Counted from the first letter of the stretch, positions 1-10,733 are shown. The stretch: 64,000 bases of DNA from an uncultured Verrucomicrobiae bacterium (GCA_963706955.1 CAVPOC010000008.1:992001-1056000); one strand, 5' to 3'. Made by a program: numbers and translations. The notes: generated by a model from the letters alone, not told the origin.

Positions 1-1
1 G

Positions 2-3000
2 GTTCACGTAGAGCTGTTCGGCCGTAACGCCGCGCTCGCTCGCTCGAAAATTCTTTCGATCGAACGGCCCTCCCTTGATCACAGCATCAATTTCCGCAAG
101 TTTCCTATTCAGCGCGGAGGCGGACTTCGCTTGCAGTCCGGAGAGAATCGCCAAAAGGTCCTTCAAGTCCTCCAAACGCTCCTCCTGGGCAGACGAAGGA
201 TTCGGCAGGGCCGCGAGTTGGTCGATCTGCCTCTGGATATTCTCCTGCCGGCGGGTGAGCGGGTTCATCTTCGATTGAGCGAAGACCAACGCCTCGTAGG
301 ACCAGCGCATCGGCATCAATGAACAGATGAACGGAACTGTCAAGTCGCTGCGAGGTTCCATGGCACTTGTTGGATGCCGCTCCGCCCACTGACGAATGGA
401 ATAGACGAAGTCAAGGTCGCGGTTCATGTCCTCATACTTGATCAGCGCACCCGCCAAAATAATCTGCGGGATCAGGACCACCGGAATGACCAGGACGGCG
501 GTCTTGCTTTCATTAACCAGAGCAGAGATGACTAGCCCAATCGCCACCCCGCTCATCGTGGTGAGAAACATCGCCAGAAAGACAATCCAAAATACGCCTC
601 GCACCGACAGAAGTGCGTTGCCTACCAGGGTAAAGAGAACGCATTGAATGACGGCAAACGCCGCCAGCGTGATCGCCTTCGCGAGTACATAGTAGCTCAG
701 ACGAACGTTGAGATTACGTTCTCGCAACAATACCGGTCGATCCCTGGTGATGTCGTCCACGCTGTTGGTCAGCCCAAGGAACATCGCCACGACCAGGGAC
801 AGGAACAGGTAGACCGGAATGTGAAAAGCCGAAGCGAAGTCGTAGTTGAGACTCTCGGAATGCCTCAAAACAAAGCCAATCAGCAAAGCGAGCACCGGCG
901 CCGCTAGCAGCGTGATGAGAAGGTTGGCATTGTTGCGCATCTTGCTGAAAAAGGCGCGCTTGAAGAGAACGCCGAATTGCTTCCACTCCTCCCGCCAACG
1001 CAGCGGCTCGCGACGCTTGGCTCCGGAAGGGAGCGGCGGCGGCGTTTCCCGCGGCGCGCTCGGCGTTTGCACGTCCTTCATCAGGCGGAAGGCCTCGTAT
1101 TTATCTCGCCAATAATCCGGTGAATAGCGACGGGCCGGGACGAGCTGACCGCGATTGTTCTCCTCGACAATGATATCTCCGGAGAGATCGCGCAGCGGCG
1201 TTTCGAGCACGTCGAAGATGAACTCCGGACGGGTGGTGCCGCAGGCTTCGCAAGAACCGAACTCCGCACCATAATGTTGCTGGTGCTCGGCGGTCGCGAA
1301 ATATTTTAACATCTCCTGAGGCGTCCCAAAGAAGACCAACTTGCCGCCGCGGTCGAGAAGCACCGCCTTCTGGAACATCTGGAAGATCTTCGAAGTCGGC
1401 TGGTGAATGGTGACGACGACGATCTTGTTGTGAGACATCCCCCGGATGATCTCAATGACATGCTCGGAGTCCTTGGAGGATAGTCCGCTCGTCGGCTCGT
1501 CAAAGAGGAAAACGTCGGCCGAACTGACCATGTCCAGGCCGATATTCAGCCGTTTGCGCTCTCCGCCAGAAAGCGTCTTCTTGTGCGCCGCTCCTACCAC
1601 AAAGCCGCGCCGTTCGTTGAGCCCGAGCTCGGCGAGTTTGCCATCGATGCGACGCAATCGCTCGCGCCCGGAGAGGTGGGGGGCACGAAGCGCCGCGGCA
1701 AAATCGAGGTTTTCCTCGATGGTCAGATGTTCATCGAAGGCGTCGTGTTGCGGAATGTAGGTGACATACTTGCGAAGCGACTCTCGATTCGCATAAAGCG
1801 AGCGCCCATTAAAAAGCACATCACCCTGCGCGGGTTGGAACTGACCGGAAAGCGCGCGCATCAGCGTGCTCTTTCCGCTTCCGCTCGCCCCCATCACACA
1901 AACCATCTCGCCGCGCTGCACCGAGAACGAGATGCCGTCGATGGCCACCTGGCCGTTGCGGAATCGGCACACCAAATCGCGGACCTCCAGCGAGCGGATG
2001 ATGTTCCGTTCCTCCTCCAGCAGGCGCTCGGTGAAGTTGCAGCGCAGCACTTGCCCCGTGTCGATGCGAATAGTGTCACCGTCAGACAGCGGCGCAAAGT
2101 TTCGCACGGGCACGCCGCGAACAAGAATCGGTCGGTCGGTCTGAAGGACCTCCACACGACCCTCTTTGCGGTCATAGTCGCAGTAGATCTTCAGAAGGAC
2201 GTCACCACCGCTCCCCGGCGACAGCAAGATGTCATCTTCCTCGAGGAGCCCTGGATTGTTGGAAACAAGATACTCGCTCTTCGAAGTTTTCAGTTGGAAG
2301 CGACCGCCAAACTGACGGGCGCGCCGGCGCAGGTCACCCAGGTCCAGCTCGCTGTCGTTGTGAAAGACGATGTTGTCCTCGAGAGTCGCCTCCACCGAGG
2401 TCCCTTCGCGGAGCCGCACACCCTTGAGCACAGCATCGACCTCCTTCAGTGCCGTCACATGGACGCGCAGCCCGAAGGTCACCTCCAAGCACGAATCGCG
2501 CGACCGGTTCTTCTCGAGCCGCACCTCGTCATCTTCATTGACCGTAACGAAGATTTGCGGGAGCGAGACGTTCTTTCTGGCGTTGAAATAAAAGACGAGA
2601 TCCTGATGGGTGAGCACCTGATCATCGATGAGGATGCGCTGGCCGGCGAAGATTCGACAGAAATCGCCATGCTTGAGAACTCGGCCCTGCACGATCAGGT
2701 TGCGCCCGCTGAGATTTTTCAGGATGACCAGATCCTTGTACCGGTAGGCGAGGATCCGTTCACCCCCGCTCAACCCAGGCAGTAAGACGTCGCAATGATC
2801 TTGGGGCCCGAAACTGACAACCTCAAGGGGGGAGGCCCCTTGATGATAAATGCCGACATCGTTTTGATCGTTGGCGTTGAGCTGATAAACAATATCAATG
2901 GCTTGGGCTGCCATCCCCAGCTGAGACATAAATGAGTAATAAGCAATTACTTGCTCTTGCTTAAGTCCCGCCTTGGAGATCAAATCGTAGAGCTGCACCC

Positions 3001-3376
3001 CGAGGAGGATCTTACGCTCGTCGTCCAGGTTTGCGGAGAGTTGCTGCGCAATAGCGTTGAGGTCCTGGTGTTCGTGGAGCGCCTCTCGGAAGAGCTTCCG
3101 TAGCTCGGAATAGACGGTGTCCGGATAGTCGTAACGGAGGAAACCAAGGCTGGAGTCGATCTCTTCTTCGAAGAGCTCGCCCTCGACGCGGGCAAAAGCC
3201 GCAAAAACTTTGATGAGCGTCGGGAGCAGGTTCGGACTTTCGGCGACCGTCCGTGGCTTACGCATGAGACGGCGCACCATCCTGCGGCCCGCCGCCCTTG
3301 CTCTGGCAGCAAAGAGAAAGAGACCTTCAACCCGGCGCTGGGTGCGTCCGGCTGAAGGCGGAGCGACTACTGACAT
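2..3376 (-). CDS. ABCG/White-type exporter fused to N-terminal TerB/DjlA-like and degenerate FHA-like domains; runs off the left edge
   Basis: Manual translation (absent from the ORF track because there is no stop in the window). Walker A GASGSGKS, signature LSGGERKR, Walker B FLFDEPTSGL, TIHQP H-loop, then ABC-2 membrane segments. The N-terminus LIKVFAAFARVEGELFEEEI is TerB-like. Confidence 0.85.
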   Translation of the reverse strand, partial: MSVVAPPSAGRTQRRVEGLFLFAARARAAGRRMVRRLMRKPRTVAESPNLLPTLIKVFAAFARVEGELFEEEIDSSLGFLRYDYPDTVYSELRKLFREALHEHQDLNAIAQQLSANLDDERKILLGVQLYDLISKAGLKQEQVIAYYSFMSQLGMAAQAIDIVYQLNANDQNDVGIYHQGASPLEVVSFGPQDHCDVLLPGLSGGERILAYRYKDLVILKNLSGRNLIVQGRVLKHGDFCRIFAGQRILIDDQVLTHQDLVFYFNARKNVSLPQIFVTVNEDDEVRLEKNRSRDSCLEVTFGLRVHVTALKEVDAVLKGVRLREGTSVEATLEDNIVFHNDSELDLGDLRRRARQFGGRFQLKTSKSEYLVSNNPGLLEEDDILLSPGSGGDVLLKIYCDYDRKEGRVEVLQTDRPILVRGVPVRNFAPLSDGDTIRIDTGQVLRCNFTERLLEEERNIIRSLEVRDLVCRFRNGQVAIDGISFSVQRGEMVCVMGASGSGKSTLMRALSGQFQPAQGDVLFNGRSLYANRESLRKYVTYIPQHDAFDEHLTIEENLDFAAALRAPHLSGRERLRRIDGKLAELGLNERRGFVVGAAHKKTLSGGERKRLNIGLDMVSSADVFLFDEPTSGLSSKDSEHVIEIIRGMSHNKIVVVTIHQPTSKIFQMFQKAVLLDRGGKLVFFGTPQEMLKYFATAEHQQHYGAEFGSCEACGTTRPEFIFDVLETPLRDLSGDIIVEENNRGQLVPARRYSPDYWRDKYEAFRLMKDVQTPSAPRETPPPLPSGAKRREPLRWREEWKQFGVLFKRAFFSKMRNNANLLITLLAAPVLALLIGFVLRHSESLNYDFASAFHIPVYLFLSLVVAMFLGLTNSVDDITRDRPVLLRERNLNVRLSYYVLAKAITLAAFAVIQCVLFTLVGNALLSVRGVFWIVFLAMFLTTMSGVAIGLVISALVNESKTAVLVIPVVLIPQIILAGALIKYEDMNRDLDFVYSIRQWAERHPTSAMEPRSDLTVPFICSLMPMRWSYEALVFAQSKMNPLTRRQENIQRQIDQLAALPNPSSAQEERLEDLKDLLAILSGLQAKSASALNRKLAEIDAVIKGGPFDRKNFRASERGVTAEQLYVN

Positions 3377-3461
3377 CCGATCAGCCTATCGCTCACGATC
3401 TATCTTTTCAACGCCGGGTTGCAAGGAGGCTGGTTTTTGAGATAATTTCCGGTTTACCTCT

Positions 3462-4538
3462 ATGACCCAACCTGTAACTGAGGCGCAACGCGCTTCGACT
3501 CCCACGCCGCCGCTGGAGGATCTCCGCGTGCGCGGAGTCACCCGGCTCATAACTCCGGCGCAGATCAAGGAACAATTTCCGGTTAGCCGTTCGCAGATGG
3601 AAACGGTGTTCCGCGGCCGCGAACAAGCGCGGGCAATCATTCGTGGTGAAGACGATCGGCTGCTGGTCGTGGTTGGACCATGCTCGATCCACGACTCCGC
3701 CGCGGCGCTCGACTACGCTGAGAAATTGGCGGCTTTGAGTCGGGAGGTCGCTGATCGGATCTTTGTGATCATGCGCGTCTACTTCGAGAAACCTCGCACC
3801 ACCGTCGGCTGGAAGGGTTTGATCAACGATCCGTTCATGAATGACTCCTGCGATATGGCTTATGGCCTGACGCTCGCGAGAAGGATCTTGCTGGACATCG
3901 CCGACCTGGGCTTGGCGGCGGGAACTGAGTTTCTCGATCCAATCGTCCCCCAATACACTGCCGAGCTCATCAGCTGGTCGGCAATCGGTGCACGCACCAC
4001 CGAATCGCAAACTCATCGGGAGATGGCCAGTGGGCTTTCGATGCCCGTGGGATTCAAGAATGGCACCGACGGCAGTGTGCAAACGGCCATCGACGCCATG
4101 AAAAGCTCACGGACTCCGCATAGTTTTCTCGGAATCGATCAGGACGGCGCGACCAGTATTATCAAAACGACCGGCAATCCCGACAGCCATGTCGTGCTTC
4201 GCGGAGGACGGGAAGGCATCAACTACGAACCGCACCAGGTTGCGGGGGTCTGTGAAGTGCTGAGAAAGAGCGGTCTGCGCCCGATGCTCATGGTCGATTG
4301 CAGCCATGCAAACTCCGGCAAAGATCCCCACCGCCAGCCCCACGTCTGGCAAAGCATCATCGACCAGCGCGCTTCAGGGCGCCGCGAAATCATCGGTGCC
4401 ATGCTCGAGAGTCATCTGAATTTCGGTGGCCAATCGCTCGGCAATGATCCCGTGGCGCTGCAGTATGGCGTCTCGATCACCGACGCTTGCATGGATTGGC
4501 AGACGACCAGGGAACTGCTCGCCGGTTTCCGAGCCTAG
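3462..4538 (+). CDS. aroG: 3-deoxy-7-phosphoheptulonate (DAHP) synthase, class I alpha
   Basis: Motifs VGPCSIHD, RVYFEKPRTTVGWKG, IGARTTESQTHRE, DCSHANS, GVSITDAC. The aroF/G/H isoform cannot be resolved. Confidence 0.95.
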   Translation: MTQPVTEAQRASTPTPPLEDLRVRGVTRLITPAQIKEQFPVSRSQMETVFRGREQARAIIRGEDDRLLVVVGPCSIHDSAAALDYAEKLAALSREVADRIFVIMRVYFEKPRTTVGWKGLINDPFMNDSCDMAYGLTLARRILLDIADLGLAAGTEFLDPIVPQYTAELISWSAIGARTTESQTHREMASGLSMPVGFKNGTDGSVQTAIDAMKSSRTPHSFLGIDQDGATSIIKTTGNPDSHVVLRGGREGINYEPHQVAGVCEVLRKSGLRPMLMVDCSHANSGKDPHRQPHVWQSIIDQRASGRREIIGAMLESHLNFGGQSLGNDPVALQYGVSITDACMDWQTTRELLAGFRA

Positions 4539-4603
4539 ATCATTTCGAGATCGCCGAGCATGCCGCTGCCAAAGCTCCGCCGGGCTGCGGCCGGCCGCGC
4601 CGT

Positions 4604-5281
4604 ATGACTGTCGCCGAGATCTCGTTCGCGGCCATCGATTTTGAGAGCGCCGGCATTCGCCAGGGAAGCACCGAAGTGCCCGTGCAAATCGGGATCGCAC
4701 TGATGCATCAACTCGCGATCTCTGAAAATTTTGGCAGCTTCCTTTTTACGGAAGAGCCGATCACCTGGGCGGCGCAAAAGGTCCACGGCATTCGCGCAAA
4801 GGATCTTGCCGGCGCACCTCGTTTGCCCGAACTCTGGCCCAAGATCCACCACCTCCTGCACGATCGCTGGCTCGTCGCCCATGGCTCCGCGACCGAGCGA
4901 CGGTTCCTGCGCGCCTTTCCTTTTCACGGCTTTGGACCGTGGGTGGATACACTCAAGCTTTCCCGAGCTGTCTGGCCGGAAAAGAATTCCTTTGCGCTGG
5001 GCGATCTCGTCCAGGACCTCGGCTTGGAAGACGATCTCCGCAAAGCTTTTCCCGCGTTCCGTTGGCATGACGCGCTTTCCGACGCCATGGCCTCTCTGAT
5101 CCTCCTGCGACGCGCCATTATCGATGCAAAGATCGGCGCTGAAAAAGCTGACCTCCTCCTACGACCCGATGCGACGGAATATCATCGCCTCAAGGCACGA
5201 GGACTCCCGCCTCGCTCACGATCGCGGTCACCCGCGCGTCGTGGGCTTCGAACGGAAGACTTTCCACTATCTGACATTTGA
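4604..5281 (+). CDS. DEDDh 3'-5' exonuclease (DNA pol III epsilon-like)
   Basis: AIDFESAG, VHGI, VAHG, DTLKLSR, HDALSDA; start placed at MTVAEI. Confidence 0.85.
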   Translation: MTVAEISFAAIDFESAGIRQGSTEVPVQIGIALMHQLAISENFGSFLFTEEPITWAAQKVHGIRAKDLAGAPRLPELWPKIHHLLHDRWLVAHGSATERRFLRAFPFHGFGPWVDTLKLSRAVWPEKNSFALGDLVQDLGLEDDLRKAFPAFRWHDALSDAMASLILLRRAIIDAKIGAEKADLLLRPDATEYHRLKARGLPPRSRSRSPARRGLRTEDFPLSDI

Positions 5282-5723
5282 AGCAGATTCCCACGGCGCG
5301 CACAGTCGGATTCGCCGCCAGCCATCGGTCATAGAATCCTTTGCCTCTACCGAGACGCGCCCCGGTCGTGTCGAAGGCGAGACCCGGCACGAGGACAAGG
5401 TCTGGCGACGGCGCCATCGTCGCGCCCACCGGTTCACGAATGCCAAGAGCTCCGGTCTGAAACTCAGACGCTAATAGGAACACGAGCAGTCCGTCGTCTC
5501 CCACTCGCGGATATGCAAAAATCTTCTCGGGAGGTAAGTCCCCTCCCATCCAGTCAGGCTCTCCCGCGAGCGACGTAAAACCGAAGACGACCTTGGCAGA
5601 CTTCCAGAGGGAGAAACTATGAAGATGCTCGCGCAGATTTTTCGAAGCGCCTGACTTCTCCGGGAAGCTGCGGACTGCTTCCTTCATTTTTGCGCGCAGC
5701 ATTTGCTTTTCGCTCGAAATCAT
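5190..5723 (-). CDS. 5-formyltetrahydrofolate cyclo-ligase
   Basis: EKQMLR, DLVLVPGLAFD..GARLGRGKGFYDR, EAHD. Confidence 0.92.
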   Translation of the reverse strand: MISSEKQMLRAKMKEAVRSFPEKSGASKNLREHLHSFSLWKSAKVVFGFTSLAGEPDWMGGDLPPEKIFAYPRVGDDGLLVFLLASEFQTGALGIREPVGATMAPSPDLVLVPGLAFDTTGARLGRGKGFYDRWLAANPTVRAVGICFKCQIVESLPFEAHDARVTAIVSEAGVLVP

Positions 5724-5743
5724 TTCAGACTCATTCGAAGCCC

Positions 5744-6664
5744 ATGGTGCGCCGATTGTTGAGAACAGGAAAGCGCGCAAAGCCGCAAAATCACGTGGAT
5801 ATGCGGCTCGGCGAAGGATGGCACAAGCGGAACTTTCTTTCCGAGGTGGTCATTCCTTCTCTCTTCACCAAGCGCCACGGTCATCGCCTCAAGCCGGTGT
5901 TTCCAGAGCTCCCGGCGGGAAAAATCTGCGTGACGTGGATCGGGCACGCCTCCTTCCTCATTCAGACTCCGGAGCATAGTCTTCTCATCGACCCAAATTG
6001 GGCTAAATGGCTCAAGGTCATCAAGCGCATCAAACATCCGGGAATCGAACTTCGCGACCTGCCCGCGATCGACCTGGTGCTGGTCACTCATGCCCATTTC
6101 GATCATCTGGACCGCCGCACGCTTCGCGCTGTTGCCAGCGATCAACCGATCGCCGTGCCCGAGCATGTCGGTAGCCTCGTCCACGGACTCGGATTTAATC
6201 GCGTCCACGAGCTGCGCCATTGGCAAAGTTTTGAACATGGAACGCTGAAGGTAACGCTCACCCCTGCGCGTCACTGGGGAGCGCGAATTCTGCACGATAG
6301 CCACAGAGGATTCGGAGGTTTTCTCATCGAGTATGCGGGAAGGACGATCTTTCACTGTGGCGACACCGCTTACTTTGACGGATTTAAAGAGATCGGTAAG
6401 CGCGCCAACATCGAGTTGGCTCTGCTTCCCATCGGCGCCTATGAAGCGCCTACGAAAAGGGATGTCCACATGAATCCCGAGGAGGCCCTGCAGGCATTTC
6501 GGGAGCTGCGCGCCAAGATGATGATCCCCATGCATTTTGGCACTTTCCGCCTTAGCTACGAACCCTTGCATGAGCCGCCGCGCCGACTCCTCGAAAAGGC
6601 CCTTGAACTTCAACTCCTTGATAGGATTCGGCTCCTCAATGAGGGCGAGCCCACCGTCTTCTAA
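5744..6664 (+). CDS. MBL-fold metallo-hydrolase (RomA/NAPE-PLD-like)
   Basis: TWIGHASFLI, THAHFDHLD, GDT, LPIGAYE, HMNPEEA, PMHFGTF. Confidence 0.9.
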   Translation: MVRRLLRTGKRAKPQNHVDMRLGEGWHKRNFLSEVVIPSLFTKRHGHRLKPVFPELPAGKICVTWIGHASFLIQTPEHSLLIDPNWAKWLKVIKRIKHPGIELRDLPAIDLVLVTHAHFDHLDRRTLRAVASDQPIAVPEHVGSLVHGLGFNRVHELRHWQSFEHGTLKVTLTPARHWGARILHDSHRGFGGFLIEYAGRTIFHCGDTAYFDGFKEIGKRANIELALLPIGAYEAPTKRDVHMNPEEALQAFRELRAKMMIPMHFGTFRLSYEPLHEPPRRLLEKALELQLLDRIRLLNEGEPTVF

Positions 6665-6853
6665 GGCTTTTGCTTGAACTGTTAGGCAGACAAATGCCAG
6701 CGCGCAACGCTAAGACGCTCCGATTAACGACAGGCGAACTCCTCTCCCTCTACTACGCAGCCATTCTGCGCTAATTGTGCCTACGAGTGAACGCTCTCCG
6801 GACGCTTTTTTAAGCTTGAAGTCTAATTCCGTTGCAAGATATGGTGCCGTTAT

Positions 6854-7108
6854 ATGGGAATTATCTCCTGGATCTTTCTAGGCCTGATTGCCGGCGCGCT
6901 TGCCAAATTCCTGGTTCCTGGTAAAGACCCCGGCGGTTTCATCGTAACTATCCTCATCGGAATCGTGGGGGCCATCCTTGGTGGTTTCCTTGGCAGCTTC
7001 ATCGGTCTCGGCAGGGTTGAGTCATTTGACATAGGCGGGCTAATTATCGCGACCCTTGGAGCCATTATCCTGCTGGTTCTCTACCGTCTCTTTCGCAAGG
7101 GAACCTGA
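6854..7108 (+). CDS. GlsB/YeaQ/YmgE transglycosylase-associated membrane protein
   Basis: MGIISWIFLGLIAGALAKFLVPGKDPGG pattern with 3 TM helices. Confidence 0.9.
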   Translation: MGIISWIFLGLIAGALAKFLVPGKDPGGFIVTILIGIVGAILGGFLGSFIGLGRVESFDIGGLIIATLGAIILLVLYRLFRKGT

Positions 7109-7177
7109 GGTAAGCGCAAGAGCCTCGCGCCTCTCTCAACTTCATCCTGACAGCTAACCCTCGAATCCCGCAACACC

Positions 7178-7579
7178 ATGGGTCTCTTCTCAAATCTCCT
7201 CTCCAAAGTCTTCGGTCAGCAGACCGCGGCCGCAACCACACCTCCACCAGCCGCGACAGGTGGACCTATCGCTGCAGGTGCTCCTGCCCCCGCTTCCTCC
7301 GGCTCAGCTCCCTCAGCTGCAGTGGTCGATGTCACTGCGATCCTTGATGATCTCGCGGCGAAAAATCCTGAGAAGCTCGATTGGCGCAAATCGATCGTCG
7401 ACCTCATGAAACTCGTCGACATGGATAGTAGCCTCGCTTCTCGGAAAGAACTTGCCAAAGATCTCAATTATAGCGGCGACACGAGCGACAGTGCCAAGAT
7501 GAACATCTGGCTGCATAAAGAGGTGATCCGCAAAATTTCGGAGAACGGCGGCAAGGTTCCCCAAGACCTCCTCTCTTAG
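7178..7579 (+). CDS. DUF3597 family protein
   Basis: LDWRKSIVDLMKLVDMDSSL..RKELA..DSAKMNIWLHKEV..NGGKVP. Confidence 0.88.
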   Translation: MGLFSNLLSKVFGQQTAAATTPPPAATGGPIAAGAPAPASSGSAPSAAVVDVTAILDDLAAKNPEKLDWRKSIVDLMKLVDMDSSLASRKELAKDLNYSGDTSDSAKMNIWLHKEVIRKISENGGKVPQDLLS

Positions 7580-7761
7580 CCCTTTCGGGCGGACACCGCC
7601 CGAATCGCTCTTGGACGTCATCGCCGTCCGGCGAATAGCAGCGCGTTGCTAAGCGCGTGATATCGCCGCGACGATAAAATTCTAGAGCTTGGGGAGGCGC
7701 TTCTGCCAAGCGCCTGTGGATTTTCGCTGGGCGCTTGACACAAACATCCCCACACCTCGCC

Positions 7762-8336
7762 TCTATTTCGTTAGCGCACTATTCCACTTAGCGATTCTAT
7801 CCTTTTGCTGTTCGAAGAGGGTGTTCCGGCGCGTCGAGAATCTCTATTTGCAGAATCTTATCGCCTTGCGTGATCGCGTTGACGACGTCTTGACCTTTGG
7901 TGACTTCGCCAAAGACCGTATGTTTGCCGTCCAGCCACGGAGTCGGCACATGGGTTATGAAAAACTGGCTCCCGTTGGTTACTGGCCTGCCGGTATTTGC
8001 CATTGAGAAAATTCCCGGCTTGTCATGTTTGAGGTCTGGCCGGCACTCATCCTCGAACGTGTACCCCGGCCCGCCGCGACCGGTTCCCGTTGGATCGCCG
8101 CCCTGAATCATAAAATTCGGTATTACCCGGTGAAAGGTGACTTCATTGTAGTAGCCCTGCTTTGCCAGGTTGAGGAAATTTGCGACGGTGACGGGGGCTT
8201 TCGAAGGAAACAGCGTTCCTTCGACGTCTCCTTTGCTCGTCTTTACGATGATACGAATGTCAGACATGTCTGCCGCGTTGGTCGCGGTTAGCAGGCAGAT
8301 TGTCACGGCAAAAAGGGCGAAAAGCGGCTTTTTCAT
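7762..8336 (-). CDS. Cyclophilin-type peptidyl-prolyl isomerase with signal peptide; frameshift near the C-terminus
   Basis: [43 protein letters not shown]. The ORF stops at 7797, but the alternate frame continues [18 protein letters not shown] to about 7762. Confidence 0.9.
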
Positions 8337-8363
8337 CGCGAGAAGTGTGGCAAGCTGCCAACC

Positions 8364-9248
8364 ATGTCGCAACACAAGCTGAAGATTGGCGCGGTGCAAA
8401 GTCGATGCTCCGCTGACCTCGACGCCAATCTGGCCGGCGCGGAGCGTGGGATCCGTCAGGCTGCGGCAGCAGGCGCTCAAATAATCTGTCTGCAAGAGCT
8501 CTTTCGCTCGCTCTACTTCTGCCAGGTCGAAGATCATAAATACTTTGAACTGGCCGAGCCGGTGCCTGGTCCGACCACCGAGAAGATGCAGGCACTCGCG
8601 AAGGAGCTGGGCGTTGTCATCGTGGTCTCACTCTTCGAACGACGCGCTCCGGGAATTTACCACAACACTGCCGCCATCATCGATGCAGACGGGACCTACC
8701 TCGGAAAATACCGCAAGATGCACATTCCCGATGACCCGCTCTACTACGAGAAGTTCTACTTCACGCCGGGCGATCTCGGGTTTTCCGCTTGGGATACCAA
8801 ATTCGCCCGCATCGGAGTCTGCGTGTGCTGGGACCAATGGTACCCCGAAGCGGCACGGCTCACCGCGCTGCGCGGCGCGCAGATTCTTTTCTATCCCACC
8901 GCCATCGGCTGGCATCCGGAGGAAAAGGAGGAGTATGGCCGGCGTCAACATTCCTCGTGGGAGACTGTGCAGCGCGGGCATGCGGTCGCCAATGGCTGCT
9001 ATGTGGTCGTTCCTAACCGCGTCGGACACGAGGCACCCGAGGGGGGTCCGGGGATCGAATTTTGGGGCCAAAGTTTTATCTGCGATCCCTCGGGAGAGAT
9101 CATCAAGAAAGGCCTGCCCGACGAAGAAGACGTTATCGTCGCGGAAGCCGATCTCGCGAGTGTCGAAACCCAGCGCACCCACTGGCCGTTTTTGCGCGAT
9201 CGGCGAATTGATGCCTACGCGGATATCACGCGGCGCTTTATCGATTAG
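8364..9248 (+). CDS. aguB: N-carbamoylputrescine amidase (carbon-nitrogen hydrolase)
   Basis: [47 protein letters not shown]. Confidence 0.88.
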   Translation: MSQHKLKIGAVQSRCSADLDANLAGAERGIRQAAAAGAQIICLQELFRSLYFCQVEDHKYFELAEPVPGPTTEKMQALAKELGVVIVVSLFERRAPGIYHNTAAIIDADGTYLGKYRKMHIPDDPLYYEKFYFTPGDLGFSAWDTKFARIGVCVCWDQWYPEAARLTALRGAQILFYPTAIGWHPEEKEEYGRRQHSSWETVQRGHAVANGCYVVVPNRVGHEAPEGGPGIEFWGQSFICDPSGEIIKKGLPDEEDVIVAEADLASVETQRTHWPFLRDRRIDAYADITRRFID

Positions 9249-9266
9249 GAGGGCCATTTTGTTCGT

Positions 9267-10064
9267 ATGCCCGTCCGCCTGCTTCGACACGACCGCGCGC
9301 ATGACTACAGGTTCTTGATGCGTCGGTGGCGTGAGGTGGCCGCGCTGGCAGACCTTCGGATTAAGAAATACTCGGAAGCGGGCGGCTGTAAGTTGTATTG
9401 TATCGTCTCGCGCTTGAAGAGGGCTGAGGCGCCCTCGATTTATCTTTCTGCCGGCATTCATGGCGACGAAGCCGCCGCGACCGAAGGGTTGGTCGAGTGG
9501 GCTCAGGCGAACACCGACGCACTGCGGCTTCTCAATGTGCTTATCTTTCCCTGTTTGAATCCCTGGGGGCTGGTAAACAATTCCAGGCGGGATCCCGATG
9601 GACGCGACCTCAATCGCAGTTTCCACACCTCGGCCGTCCCCCAGATCGCGGCGCAGATTCAGTGGCTTACGGGGTGCGCGTTCGATCTGGCCCTCAACCT
9701 GCACGAGGACTACGATGCCATCGGGCTTTACATTTATGAACTGCAGCGCGTGAAACCCTTTTGGGCCGAGCTCCTTCTCGAGGCGGGAGCCCAGTACATA
9801 CCGCCGGATCCGAGAAAAAAGATCGAGGGCCGCGCAGCGCGGGCCGGAGTCGTCCGCCGGATAATTACACCTGACCTCATGCCGGAGTGGCCGGAGGCCT
9901 TCGTTCTCTATTTTCAGAATGCCGTGCGCATCTTCACCGTCGAGACGCCTTCTGAATTTCATCTCGACGATCGTGTGAATGCTCAAATCGCGATGATCTC
10001 GAAGGCGGTTGAACTTTGCCGAGAAGAGTTTTCTTTGCGGGCAAAGCCCACGGCGGCATCATAA
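9267..10064 (+). CDS. M14 family metallopeptidase / succinylglutamate desuccinylase-like
   Basis: SAGIHGDE, NPWG, DLNR, LHED, TVETPS. Confidence 0.85.
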   Translation: MPVRLLRHDRAHDYRFLMRRWREVAALADLRIKKYSEAGGCKLYCIVSRLKRAEAPSIYLSAGIHGDEAAATEGLVEWAQANTDALRLLNVLIFPCLNPWGLVNNSRRDPDGRDLNRSFHTSAVPQIAAQIQWLTGCAFDLALNLHEDYDAIGLYIYELQRVKPFWAELLLEAGAQYIPPDPRKKIEGRAARAGVVRRIITPDLMPEWPEAFVLYFQNAVRIFTVETPSEFHLDDRVNAQIAMISKAVELCREEFSLRAKPTAAS

Positions 10065-10068
10065 GCAC

Positions 10069-10659
10069 ATGTCCCGCGAAGCTGTTATCGAACGAACCAC
10101 CAGCGAAACGTCCATTCGCACCCGCTTGAATCTCGACGGAACGGGAGTGTCCAACGTCCGCAGCGGCATCCCGTTTTTTGATCACATGCTCACGCTCTTC
10201 GCGCGCCATGGACTCTTCGACCTCGACCTCGACGCCAAGGGTGATATCGAAGTCGATTTTCACCACACCGTGGAGGATGCGGGCATCACCCTCGGCCAGG
10301 CCATCGCCAGGGCCTTGGGTGAGAAGAAGGGCATTCGACGCTATGGCTTTGCCTACGTTCCGATGGACGAAGCCCTCGTCCGCGCGGTGATCGACTTGAG
10401 CGGACGGCCATACTTGGTCTACGAGCCGCCCTCGCCAGTCGAAGCGATCGGCGGCAACTTCTCATTCCAACTGGTCGAGGAATTTCTGCGGGCCATGGCG
10501 GTCAGCGGAGCCATGAATCTTCACGTCGAAATTCTGACCGGACGCGACCCGCATCACATGGCCGAAGGCATTTTCAAAGCCCTCACCCGGGCCCTTGACG
10601 TCGCCACTCAAATCGACCCACGCGTCGAGGGCGTGCCCAGCACCAAAGGTGTCCTCTAG
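10069..10659 (+). CDS. hisB: Imidazoleglycerol-phosphate dehydratase
   Basis: RTTSET, FFDHML, DFHHTVED, PMDEAL, HHMAEGIFKA. Confidence 0.96.
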   Translation: MSREAVIERTTSETSIRTRLNLDGTGVSNVRSGIPFFDHMLTLFARHGLFDLDLDAKGDIEVDFHHTVEDAGITLGQAIARALGEKKGIRRYGFAYVPMDEALVRAVIDLSGRPYLVYEPPSPVEAIGGNFSFQLVEEFLRAMAVSGAMNLHVEILTGRDPHHMAEGIFKALTRALDVATQIDPRVEGVPSTKGVL

Positions 10660-10733
10660 CATCTCGGCGCCTCAGACGAGACGACAAGTTTGTCGCTTGA
10701 GTCTCCCCGAGAGCATCGGATCTTTATCGTTTC

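Noticed and set aside
1583..2785. 400-aa plus-strand ORF
   Set aside because: Antisense shadow of the ABC exporter, which has all canonical motifs
5720..6613. 297-aa minus-strand ORF
   Set aside because: Antisense to the MBL hydrolase; no motifs
8628..9986. 452-aa minus-strand ORF
   Set aside because: Antisense to aguB and the M14 gene; typical high-GC shadow ORF
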